From: Sphaeroforma arctica JP610
Lineage: Eukaryota
Assembly: GCF_001186125.1 (NCBI RefSeq)
Contig: NW_014040445.1
Coordinates: forward strand, 78,213 to 98,212
Direction: 5' to 3'
Length of the DNA stretch: 20,000 nucleotides
In this document: positions 1 through 15,600 of the stretch, in pieces
Layout of the letters: the number at the start of each line of letters is the position of its first letter
Position numbering within the stretch: position 1 is the stretch's first letter
Made by a program: the position numbers and the translations under genes
The notes under the pieces: model-generated
What the model saw: only the letters and a program-made list of their open reading frames with translations
Databases searched by the model: none
What the model was told of the DNA's origin: nothing

Positions 1-49
1 ATTGCTGCTAAAATTTAACAAAATATACTGCTTTGGTAAACGAGACCTA

Positions 50-4046
<3,997 letters not shown>

Positions 4047-4549
4047 ACTGGGTACCACAAGTGCTTCAGGATCCTCTACTCGAGACTTCCGTTCTCGCTT
4101 ACTGCGCTTCGAATGCTTACCCCCCACGAAGAATGTAATACAGCCCCCAATCTGTGACAACTAAGCGACAGCGCGCAACCAACCTGTGCATTCAATACAA
4201 ATTCGCGGGATGTTCAATTCGTTTCGGACCTAGCTTGTTTGTTTTCTATATATATATATTTATACACATTTATATATATATGAATACATATAAATTTTCT
4301 GTGAGATGATATTTTTTTATTTTCGAGTTTTAAATTTTTGCACACAAAAGAGGCGATAGAGTGAGTGAATATATTTATATTCGAATTCACTCGAATATTT
4401 TTCATGATCCGTGCGGAACAGCGAACACTGCATAGTGCATACTACGGCATATAAATATCTAATAAATACGTTCCGATTTTATCTGTGCTTGTGTTTATTT
4501 GTATCTGCGCCCCTACAAATCCGCTTGCAAGGTGTACTTATACTTGAAT

Positions 4550-4690
4550 AATACACACACACATATTATATATATATATATACTATATATAGTACACGTA
4601 CGTACGACGTAGACGAGACGAGACGACGAGAGAGAGNNNNNNNNNNNNNNNNNNNNTATATATATATTATATACATATATAATAATATAT

Positions 4691-4727
<37 letters not shown>

Positions 4728-4800
4728 TTATTTATATATATATATATATATATGAGTGTGTGTGTGTGTGTGTGTGGGTGGGTGTGTGTGTGTATGTACG
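4550..4800. repeat. (CA)/(TA)/(GA)/(TG) microsatellite cluster flanking an assembly gap
   Basis: Dinucleotide runs lie on both sides of the N stretch. Confidence 0.9.
4637..4656. other. Assembly gap (20 N)
   Basis: 20 consecutive N; true length unknown. Confidence 1.
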
Positions 4801-5576
4801 TATATTGTGGTATGTTTTATTTATTGAATAGTACAGGGAGTAGTTGATGACTCCACTGGTAATTGCTACATGCCAGTAATCGACGAGGAGTGCCTTCAAA
4901 GTTTGCAGTGATTACAATTAAACGGCATATTGGTTTTGTCTACCCGTGTTGATAGGAACCATTGATCTACGATAGCAATGCGCAAGCACAATCTTGTATA
5001 GCACGTGTATGTGTATTTGTTTGACGCTCAAATTTCTGTCATCACACCATCTCGTTCTCATGAGTATCAATTGGATCACAAAAGCATGGTTCTTGAACGC
5101 TCCTATATGTTGCAAATAGGTACACAACAAATTTGAGAATTCCAAATCTTCAACCGAGCAGTTATAGGCTCGTGAGAAAGACAGTATATGTCTCATTTTT
5201 AATAATTCGTGTAATATCACGATGTGCTGTGCGATAGCGATCAGAATGATATCCAGCTGTGCCTCCAGTGGTTTGTAGCCAGACACCCGTTAGGGGTCGA
5301 GTACATGGAAATGAACTAATCGGCAGGTATGCTATGTTCGACCCGGTCACCAGAGACGAGAGGATTGTGGTGACAATTTCGATATGTTGAATTATATTGC
5401 AATTAAATCTGCACATCATAGTCATTTTATGAGAGATGGCCAATCTGTTCGACTCAAAGGTTGGAATGAAAACCTTTGCTTGCCAGCTTAGTACTGGATG
5501 ATGTTAGGCCTGTCTTGCTCAGTGGCAATATGCTACAAAAATTTTAGTACTATACACTGATTAAGGTATAATTTAT

Positions 5577-8500
5577 TTAGAGTGCGCTTGAGAAGTGATC
5601 GTGTAGTAAAAGAACAACCTTTCCATAGACCATTGAATCCGTTTCGGAGTCCTCGGCCATTTCAAGGAGTATCTCTCTTATTCTCAGCCGAATGAGCACC
5701 CTGCGGAGTAAGAAAGGGACGTAAAGATTAGTACTTAGAATACTGACAGAAAGTATGCTTTTGAACTCGTACACATATGTAGGTACATGCGCACTTACTT
5801 CGCATATGGATTTTTTCGTTGACCAGCGCTTTGCCCAGTTTTCAAGACGTTGTCTAAACACTCCAGGATGACGTGCGCCAGCCGGTCTTCTTGTCCAAGC
5901 AGACAGACAAGGGGATCGAGCACTCCAAGACTAACAATATGCTCAATGTGCGCTGGACTTGCCCCCGAAGTGAGGTTCGCCAAAGCCCAGACAGCCTCCT
6001 TCTGGGTGCGGAAAGGCTCAGTGGACGCCATTTTAACAAGAATCGGCAGTATGTCTTCGTCGAAAACGAGCTGTACCTGTGGCGTAGTGCCTGCTGTGAT
6101 GTTGGACAGTGTCCAGCATGTCTCTTTACGGATGGCAGCGTGTTCATTCGTGAGAAGTTCTTTCAATGCCGGCAATGCGCCACAGTTGAGAACTTGCTGC
6201 GTCTGGTGATCTTCGCCAGTTGCGATGTTGCCGATCGTACGAAGAGCTGCAATTAAAGCATTTCATGCGCGATTAGATGATATCTGTGCACTGAGCTACT
6301 TTCGATAATAATACTTCCAATACAAACGCTACGAGACATTTTTTCAACATACGAATAGGATGCAGTATATGGTACATAATAGAGATACGCACCAGGTGTG
6401 ACGACGTGCAGGGATTCGTGTTTGAGTAGATTTACTAGACGCTTAGTGATATCCAAGTCGAGGACTGCTTGTATCTTCTCATTCTCTCCATCCGTCAGAT
6501 ATGATAGTCCCCAACATATGTCTATAAGCACTTCCCTGTATAGGCAAGGTAGTGTATGATATAATCAGCTTTCAAGTGTACATGAGCGCGATGATGCAAT
6601 CGAAACTCGGGCTAGTACAGGTGCGATCATACGGAATGTGGTGCTGCAGATTCATCGCACAGAACTGACGCTGTATTGTACAAGTCATGCAAAAAATAGA
6701 GCACTCAATATACCTGTCAGCTCGGTATATTAATGATTTGAAGATGGGAAGTGCCTCCTTCACCTGACACATGTCCACAGCTGGTTTACCTCGACATATG
6801 TTTGACAGAGTCCACGTCGCATTTCGGAGTAAAGACACGCGCTCAGTCGTGCGAAGTATCTCCAGAAGCGGAGGAAGACAGTTTGCCGCCAAAATCAAGT
6901 CTCGATACTCGGCACAAGTCCCGGCCACATTGCCTAAACCCCACACCGCTTGCTAAAAGAAAGACTTAAGCATGAGTTGTACAAAAAAACTTTCATATGA
7001 CCAAGAAAACGGGTGAGTGTACATAGCATTTTGGCACTAGAGATGCATCAGAGAATGTGATGCCAATATCATACCTCTACGGTTTGGACATCGTTTGACT
7101 TCAAGAGATGAATAAACGCAGGAACTCCGCCCGCCTCAATGACCAACTTGGCGTGGCTTTGAGAGTCCGACGCTAAATTTGTCAAACACCAGGCCTGTGA
7201 TACAGTATTCGTAAAAATTGTGTTGGAGTACTAATGGAGCGCGCCGAATTCTAAACACATATCAAAGAATCTGTTATGAATTCAAACCTGCGTATTGCTG
7301 GGGGTTCTCACCGTTTCGAATTGAAGTCCGGGGAGATCATCTGCTAACATGAACCGAAGGAGATCCGGGAGGATACCCGTTGCCACCACCTGTGCAACTG
7401 GAGGGCTGCGCTCGTGTGAGAGCAGTTTTCGTAGTTGTTGTGCGGCCCGCATGCGCACAGCATTTGCATTGTGCAAGTTTCCCGCAGCTCGTAGGTCGTT
7501 TACAATTGCCGGAAGCAGAGCATCCAGTTGCTGGTCGAATGTATTTCCAGAACTCGGACTTTGTGTTCCACTTGGGGCTGTGAGAAGTTAACGTTAGACA
7601 AAGAAAAAGGTATATCATTACTATCATGTAACGAGTACAAATAGTAGAGAGTATAAGACTGCCACTTGTATTCTGAGATCGTTTATGCTATTGCCTTCCA
7701 AATATGACAAAAAAAACTGGGATTTGGTGTATTTCACTAGAGGCTGTGAAAGGCTGCATACATAGTAGAATACGAGTATATAAAAGAAGATGTGATTCAA
7801 GGCTCGAAACGAGTAGAACTGCGACCTGAGCCACGAGAAATTTCATATGTAGTGTATTGCTGTCCATACACTGCGCGGGATACTCATCCGAGATAAGTAG
7901 TTTGCTGACAAGAAAGATACCAAAATGTCAGTTACAAAAACTTAAGGGTCGCTACACATACCAATGCAGCTTATTTTCCTTCTCTCGCACATGGCCTGGT
8001 CTCTGACATGCTGTCTCTTTAACCGGACGGACCGATTTACATGAGCAGCGATTGCGGTCCAGTGAGTCGAGCTCGTCTGCCGAGTATAAAACAGTCAATA
8101 CACAAGGCGGTCGTGCTACGATTTGAATAATTTGTGATCGAAACCAGACACTCATCACCTAGAAAATACTGATCCAATAGGTCGCCATTCAACTGTCCCA
8201 TACACCGGACATGCGATCATGTGTTTGCAATGGAGGTGAAACATATACTGGTCCGGCATCATGGTGCTACCTTACCTGTCTGGGTGGAGCGAAAATCCGC
8301 TCAATATTTTCACCGCTTCCTGTTCTTGCTGGAACGTTTTGATGTATTGTGGGCAGTGTCGCACGCGTTGATATTGCCCCACTTCTTCCTGGTATCTCCA
8401 TGGGGTGGCTGCTGAAAAGTTGATGAACTGTTGTCAGGGCTGTTCAAAATGTGTGTGCACTGTTAAAAAGTGCATATTCTAAACAAGATAAATACACATT

Positions 8501-8721
8501 TTCTTTTCACTCTGGTGTATCTACCTTTCTGAAGTCGCTTTGTCGAACAGCACGACAGTTGGAGTTTCAATTGTTCGTGATGCAGTATCTGACACTTTCA
8601 TGTTTGCCATTGTATTTGTTAAGTTATCTGTACTTACATCCGCGGGACCTGTTGTTTTTGATGACAAAGACCTCGTTCCAGAACACATACTGCTACCAGT
8701 ACCGGAGCTCCCTGCTGACAT
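5577..8721 (-). CDS. KPNA: Importin subunit alpha (karyopherin alpha)-like protein, about 634 aa in the proposed model; well-supported ARM exons 7312-7577, 7075-7194, 6714-6952, 6393-6535, 5799-6246, 5577-5700; tentative 5' exons 8525-8721, 8276-8411, 7962-8158, 7870-7904
   Basis: Full importin-alpha ARM ladder after splicing: [96 protein letters not shown], and a terminal [13 protein letters not shown] helix before TAA at 5577-5579. The 5' exons join in frame with GT-AG introns but have no recognisable homology. Confidence 0.88.
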
Positions 8722-8990
8722 TCTTAAATGCTATCACAATGTCGTGCTTGTAGTATGGGGAATAGCCTTATCTATCCCCATCAGGTTCATATTTTTGATA
8801 GAAGTTGAGTCGGGTTGGGGTTTTCTTGAAATAAATCTCATGCTGTATTGTTAAAAAAGGTTTTTATAAAAACAATTGTCAATATTTAGATGCTTTTAGT
8901 GCCAGAACATATTTGCTAAAACAGGCTCTGGGATACATAAATATATAAATATACATATGTACATATACATTCCAATGCGACTTGTAAGCA

Positions 8991-9030
8991 ATAACAAGCA
9001 GTAACAAGCAGTAACAAGCAATAACAAGCA
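8991..9030 (+). repeat. 10-bp tandem repeat RTAACAAGCA x4 immediately upstream of the NDUFA13 start codon
   Basis: ataacaagca gtaacaagca gtaacaagca ataacaagca. Confidence 0.95.
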
Positions 9031-9039
9031 GCAAACACC

Positions 9040-10229
9040 ATGTCGACATTCAAGCCTCCTCAGGAAATGCCACCTCCAGGTTAGTATGGCGTAACGAGTA
9101 AATCATCTAGTACTAGCATTTGTAAGTGTATTCTGGAATGACTCAACAGGTGGTGTGTAGATATTTTATAGGCAGTGTGTGAACAAGCAATATGTCGACA
9201 TTCAAGCCGCCTCAGGAAATACCACCTCCAGATTAGTATGGCATATTGAGTATACCACCAAGTACTAGAAATATAAGTGTATTCTGGGGTGACCAACAGG
9301 TAGTCAAGGTGTTCTCTACTATATTTCACTCCTGCCACCTTGTATCATTTACTACACCTTGGTATTACATACATGAGTACCTAAAAAGTGTAGATAAAAT
9401 GGCTAGTCGCAGACGATAGTAACTATCTGCGTTTATTATTGTGCGCTTATACGTGTGACGCTAAGACAATACAAACGTATGGGCTACAACTGAGATGCGG
9501 AGTTGAGATAAATGATTTCGGAGACGATATTTGCATACTTCTTTAATTACAGTCTGCCAACTCTTTTTCTTGATGAGAATACTATATTGTACTTCCGGTC
9601 CTTTCTTGTCCAACAGATTCTGCACTTCCGTCATACATGTTCGTTCTGCACAGTGAGATGGCACACTGTTTTTTTGTGGTGAGTGCGTTCAATCTTAATT
9701 TATTCGCTTAGCAGGTTTCTGTGAGGATATAAGCGCTTGCAGTGGCTAGCTAATCAAATACAGAGTACTTATGGGGAAATATATACTCTGCCAAGTTGTG
9801 CTTGGCGCTTCAGCCTTAGACGTTGTAATGAACTTACCACGGCTTTGGAAGACAGATATCCCTCGAGATTCCCGTACAGGTGGAAGGTTTTGTATGTAAT
9901 TGTACAGTTTGATTTTTATAATTAAAGGTGGCTTTGCTTCGGTCGATTTCAAACGTAATCTGCCCAGACGCGGACCCCAGGGAACGACGATCTTTGCTAT
10001 GGGAGCAGTAGCAATGGTCGGTGGATTGTACTTCATGGGTCAGGAAAATCGTAAGCGAAGGTATGCTGCTATGAACTATCGATCTGTCTGCAATGATAAA
10101 TTATGATGGATTGTGCAGTGTAATGATATTATATCAAGATTCTAGAATTATATACAAAATACATGTATGTATATATACCGACGCGTTTGTTTTTAAATTC
10201 ACTCACTCACTCACTCACTCATATACATT

Positions 10230-10262
<33 letters not shown>

Positions 10263-10363
10263 TTACATATTTACACATATATTTATATATTTGTATGTAT
10301 GTCTGTCTGTATGCATATATAGATATATAAATATATATATAATTATATTTATATTTATATATA

Positions 10364-10403
<40 letters not shown>

Positions 10404-11892
10404 ATATGGATATACATACATATGGATATATATATATAGTACGTATGCATGTATACTTGTAGAAGCACATGGATCTGCATATATCCTGTAAAAATGGATG
10501 CGCTGGCTTGGTACTATGTGCGATATGTTTTCTGCGTTCGCTACAGTGCTGCCATATTGGTCGGAGAGCCGCTGTATTCTGTTTGTGGTTAGGATAAACG
10601 CATGCGCGTTTGAAGTGGAAGCAGAGTTTTTGTTTAACTAATTTGGGTGATCATTTTGTTATTTACGCTAACTTGGCTACTTTACGTCAGTATTATGTCT
10701 GTAGTACTCGGCGTGCGGCTCACTTGGTGTTCTGATCTCCAAATTTGTCAAATAAAGTTTGAAGTTGAGCGTATAGGTTACCGACCTGTGGTAGAAGTAT
10801 TTGAATGAAACACTGATTCGATACGTTCCAATCTGTACTGAACGCCTCTGTGCCGCTAGATTGAGAGTGTGTCTATTGTCGGCCTGTTGTAAAAATCTGG
10901 AAGAATTCCATTGTTTTTCGCCTCCGAATACTTAAAAGAGTCGTCCCAGGAACTACACAACTGAAATATTGATCCGAACTAATTAATTTTGCGCCGGCCG
11001 CTTTTATGTATAGTATACATCTGCCTCTATATACGATTCGATCGAAAGGTGTTTCACTTCTCATCTACGTGTCACCTTAGTGCGGCTCATTTCTTACTTC
11101 AGTTCCAATTCTTGAATGGTATTCCCGTTTTCTTGTTTCAAATACTGAAGTGTGGCATTGTAAAGCTTGTAGTGTATTTTGATTTGGGTCATCGAGGCTG
11201 TACAGTGCTTCTGAATTGTTCACGCAGTACTCGATAGATCATTAGGAGGGAGTGGATTTTGTTTTGAGAATGTACTATTGAACACCGCGTATTGCGATTT
11301 GTACACTTTTAATGGTTTGTGTAAATTCGAATGTGACATATTCCTTTATACTCAACATAGTACTAGTTTCAGGTGTATGCTCGAGTTCCATTCGAATAGG
11401 TCAATTTGAGCTAACGAACTTGTCGCTATTCGTATATTTCAATATGGGGTTTTTTTAATAGATGATTTTACCTCATCTTACTTCATTGTTTCCCCTCGTG
11501 TATAATTAGGAGACTAAAGCTGGAGAAGGTGGCCAACAGAATCGCCATCATCCCTTTGCTACAGGCTGAAGAGGACAGAAGGTACAGTAGTGCTGGTACA
11601 GTGATATGTTGTCCCTTCGCACAGAATTTGTGTCTTTTGTAATATTTGGTGTCACTGTTAACATATACTTCTGCTGTTTGTTTCGTCATCGCGGGGATCG
11701 GAAGTGGTATTCAACATGCTCACCAACAATTTGACGTTTTTCTCTAGATTTTTGCGTGAGAAAACGAAGTTCCTTGCCGATGAGAAGATTCTGATGGAAG
11801 GTGTTCCCGGTTACGTTCCAGGGGAGCACTGGTACCACACAGACCGATTCGTCCCACACACGAAAGTCGCAATCCTCGGAGAGATTCCCTAG
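9040..11892 (+). CDS. NDUFA13: NADH:ubiquinone oxidoreductase subunit A13 (GRIM-19/B16.6), 129 aa; exons 9040-9079, 9928-10060, 11510-11581, 11748-11892
   Basis: Spliced product MSTFKPPQEMPPPGGFASVDFKRNLPRRGPQGTTIFAMGAVAMVGGLYFMGQENRKRRRLKLEKVANRIAIIPLLQAEEDRRFLREK...LMEGVPGYVPGEHWYHTDRF has the GRIM-19 signatures Q(D/E)MPPPGG, RNLP, one TM helix, PLLQAEEDR and YHTDR. The 390-nt CDS is in frame. Confidence 0.95.
9182..9301 (+). pseudogene. Degenerate tandem duplicate of NDUFA13 exon 1 plus the start of intron 1
   Basis: Copy of about 9023-9151. ATG at 9192 reads MSTFKPPQEIPPPD*. The donor is mutated from CCAG|GTTAGT to CCAG|ATTAGT. Confidence 0.88.
10160..10455. repeat. (TA)/(TG)/(ACTC) microsatellite block in NDUFA13 intron 2
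   Basis: Visible low-complexity runs. Confidence 0.9.
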
Positions 11893-14378
11893 ACACTGCA
11901 TCGAATTTTGCAGTAAAGTTTGCGTACTAGAAGAAATTTTTGCCGTTGTTCCTTGGTCCAGTATAATCATCATCAATTGATCAGTTCAGGCTGCATGTTG
12001 TGACGAGAAGCTTTCATTTTGCATCGAAATGAAAATCCAAGTATTCAAATAAACAAATCGGCACAATATAGACTACTCCTCATTTCTGTTATTCAATTAG
12101 TATTTTAGTTTAGCTTTTACAGCCAGCTGTTTGAAGTTTATATGTAACTGATCTTTTTTACTATAGATGCATGTACAATGCCGATGCATAACCTCTCGTA
12201 AATTCTCAAAACGGCAGCAATCCAATCATAGAGTAAAGTATATTTATAATATATACTTTCAAAGAGTAAATGTCAGCAGGCGACGCTGCTCAATAGCAAG
12301 AGTATAGCCCATTTTTATACAGAGGACATATACGTGGCTGGCGAGCTACAACATAAGCAGCATCAGCATTTTGCATTTAGGCCAATTTTAATATGCTCCT
12401 GCCATATAGAAGACGCACCGATGGTATGCAGATAGATATTACCAATGAAATAAAAGCAGCTCGTAAGTCCGCTTTATTGAGAAGTATACCCGCCTATTGA
12501 GAAGCCTGTGGTATATATAGGAGTACACGTCGCGAATGAATCTACTGTAGCGTAACAGATGATGCTGCTCATAATTATTCAATACATGAATCAAAACATA
12601 TCTTTGGTTCGATAGAACGCAGCACAACATGCTCATTATTTGGCCTCAAAACACCCCTTGCGAATTGTCTATAATCTTTTTCGAGTTTTCTTTTATGAGA
12701 TATTGATTTGCTCGGCGCTGGAAAGTCCCAGATTCAATGTCTTGAATAATTTCAATCAGTAACTCTCAACACACTCACCGAAGTACCATAGTAGATGAAA
12801 AAAAGCAAATATAAGAGTAAGATGCGAGTACGAGCAGTACATGGTGCCTGCATTTTTATGAAAACTTAACGCAACTACCTACAATCGTCTTTCCGCTTCT
12901 GTGCTATAAATTCGTATGCAAACTAGATAGTCCGCCGCAGCTTTGCACTCTCACGAATAACCTAGAAAGACAATAATCAAACATAGTTCGCAATAGCGTA
13001 ACCGATGAGACCGCACACTATTTTCATTTGTAAGGTACAATACAGATCTGATTTATTGATATGCTCGGGCTGTGGACCGTGATTCCAGCTATATACAACA
13101 AACTCTTTCTCGGCCATCATTCTCCCCCGTTGCCCCGATCCCTCCTCTCACAGCAGAATCTCTCTTTAACACGAGTGTATCAACAACCGCCCTCCTTGAA
13201 CACCTTGCTTGACCATTGCGCCAAATAAGAATATGCTCGCCATTGCCATATACTCTGCGAAGACAACCATTCGAATCCCGTCTAAAACGCCAATCCATCT
13301 TAGTAACATAATCACAGTTTACCGCAATCAAAGGCATATGCCCACCGGATTAATCTTTCCATAAACACTGAACAAATAGTGTCACTCTATGCTATCAATT
13401 TTGCTTCGCACCGAATATTGGTATACGATTTCAAGAACAGCTAGAAATTTCCGAAATACTACTCTTACGAATATATAGCCCTCTCACCCTGTGGTAAACC
13501 GAGCCATACCCTAATTTTACAGTCGAATCCCTTAATTCAATCGACCTCTATTTCGCAATAACTACTATTAGAATATAGTAGCACAGGCGCAGTCGGAACG
13601 TTTTTTTACCGTTCTTTCGCCATAATTACTTTCCTACACAACGAGAAGCATCGCTCGACTAGGACCAAAGACGTGTTTGAGTCAGTTTGTCAATATCAAT
13701 ATTTTACAAGACCAACAATACTACTCTCCTAGATATTACACCCCGCGATTGAGGCATTATAAGCACACTATATACTCGCTCTTTCACTCGATGCGAAGTC
13801 ATAAAAGTCTTCATGATAAGATTTAATCGTCATGCACCGGTAACTAGACAACACTTGGCAAATCATCCATCTAGTACACAAAACACAAGAAAGACAACAA
13901 GCTAGAAAATGTACCATAACTGCGTATTGACAAAAATCAAGCCGCATCACTAAGTCAAGCTAGAAAACGTACCATTAATAACAAAAGCGACGCATTTTCC
14001 ATAGTATAATACGTACATGTACTTATCTCGACAGTTGTCGTATAGCTACATAATTCACATTCTACATTGACCACATACGAAACGTCTACACTTTCGCGCT
14101 ATATAGAATAACTTTTCAAGTTAGGTTTGATATTTACTGCCAAGGATTGAGCCTACATTAGTACTTTGGAAACCCAAAAATAAACTAAATCAATAAATGC
14201 GTCCTGTGGGGGAAAACATCATAAACAAACTAAGAATCGACAACAACGGTAGACACCCGGTATGTGTTTTACGTGCATGCCTATAGATGCATTCAAAATA
14301 TCCAACAAGAACACACCTATGGAGAGTCCCCTAATGAACACCAGGTAATACTCAGCGAGATCATTTTAATGAAATAGA

Positions 14379-15412
14379 TTAAAACTTCATCAAGTGAGGG
14401 TACTGTCCTTTCTTCAATGAGAAGGTGGCAGCCAAGTATGACTTCATCATGGGCTCCTTGGCGATCGCGCTAATAATGGCGCTATCAACCTCCTTTTGGT
14501 CGGAGACACGACTGGCAGCAGGGGCCTTCTTCTCCTGCAACGCAACGTTCACAACATTATGTATACGAGTATCGAGTGAGTGTAAGCGCAACAAATCGAT
14601 TCCCATTAAATATACCCAAAAAAACCCCGCTTCCATGGAACAAGTACCTATAACATATATTTAAATCATTGTACCTTATCTCCGGTTGCGAAGAACTTCT
14701 TCTCCGACTTCTCGGTGGCACCGGTAGAGGGACGTGCAAAGTATGCATCATCGAACTTGTCAGCAACACTCACACCAGAGATGTCGATGGAAGTGGACGT
14801 GGCAATAACGTAAGCCTGGTTAATGCGACGAAGGGGTACTCCGTTGATCTTGAAGGGTCCAGTCACAAGTAATAAGCCACTAGCCAATTGCTTGAGGAAG
14901 ACGACACGCTGCGCATGTGAATGAAATATTACTATGGATCAGTCACAAAATCTAGTTCTTATAATTTATACTAATACATTGTAAGAATCACATAGACTGC
15001 ATTTCAAAAATAGAGTAGACCTCTATCACGAAATATTACCCTAATAGTATATTTGTTACGTGATGCGAAAACGTACCTTTCCACGGTTAGGTCCGGAGAG
15101 ACAGATTAATACGGTTCCGGGGGTGATGGAGGCACGAAGCTTGGCAGCCTTGGCGTGCTTGCGGTTTACAAGAGGACGAGGGGTATCCTCGGTGGCGTAG
15201 AAACGGCTCTCCTTTTGTAGGGGAACGGTACGTGTCTTACCATTCTTATCACCGCCAATTTCCTTGGTCTTAGTGGTCGCAGGCGCAGCCTTCTCAGTGT
15301 TCTGAGTAGTCTTTTTGCGACGGTACAAGGCACGCTTCTTGTATACGGCGGCCCGACCGAGGCGGTTTACGCCAAAGGCCAAGTTTGAGTTTCTGGGTGC
15401 GTGATCAACCAT
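14379..15412 (-). CDS. RPL6: 60S ribosomal protein L6 (eL6), 241 aa; exons 15077-15412, 14675-14908, 14379-14534; probable 5'UTR intron 15420-15485
   Basis: Motifs [97 protein letters not shown] and the C-terminal [18 protein letters not shown] phase-0 introns. Confidence 0.98.
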
Positions 15413-15548
15413 GGTTTCCCTAAGTAATATAACGCGCAAACGAACGGATGTGTATTAGTATCTATTTGGTTCTTCGATACCTCACCTTGTCAATCGTGGT
15501 CGTGAACTAGAAGCTGTTATCATCAATATTTGATATGAAATGCAACGC

Positions 15549-15549
<1 letters not shown>

Positions 15550-15599
<50 letters not shown>
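15550..15599. repeat. Perfect (TA)25 microsatellite just upstream of RPL6
   Basis: Uninterrupted TA run of 50 nt. Confidence 0.97.

Positions 15600-15600
<1 letters not shown>

Noticed and set aside
10770..11240. Faint internal similarity and short minus-strand ORFs in NDUFA13 intron 2 suggesting a nested gene
   Set aside because: No consistent frame or splice model could be built, and the similarity is too weak to judge by eye.
13089..13337. 82-aa minus-strand ORF MPLIAVNCDY...
   Set aside because: No recognisable homology or supporting splice structure, and its length is within the chance range.
13898..13975. CRISPR-like repeat-spacer-repeat
   Set aside because: Only two copies, eukaryotic context, no cas genes.
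14860..14947. CAGTCACA (HomolD-box) matches at 14860 and 14940, also at 18851
   Set aside because: They sit in an exon, an intron and downstream DNA, not in the RP promoter region.
14909..15076. Two inverted-repeat hairpins in an RPL6 intron (atcacg/cgtgat; cagtc/gactg with ttctta/taagaa) as an H/ACA snoRNA
   Set aside because: No ANANNA hinge, no properly spaced ACA box, and no convincing target.
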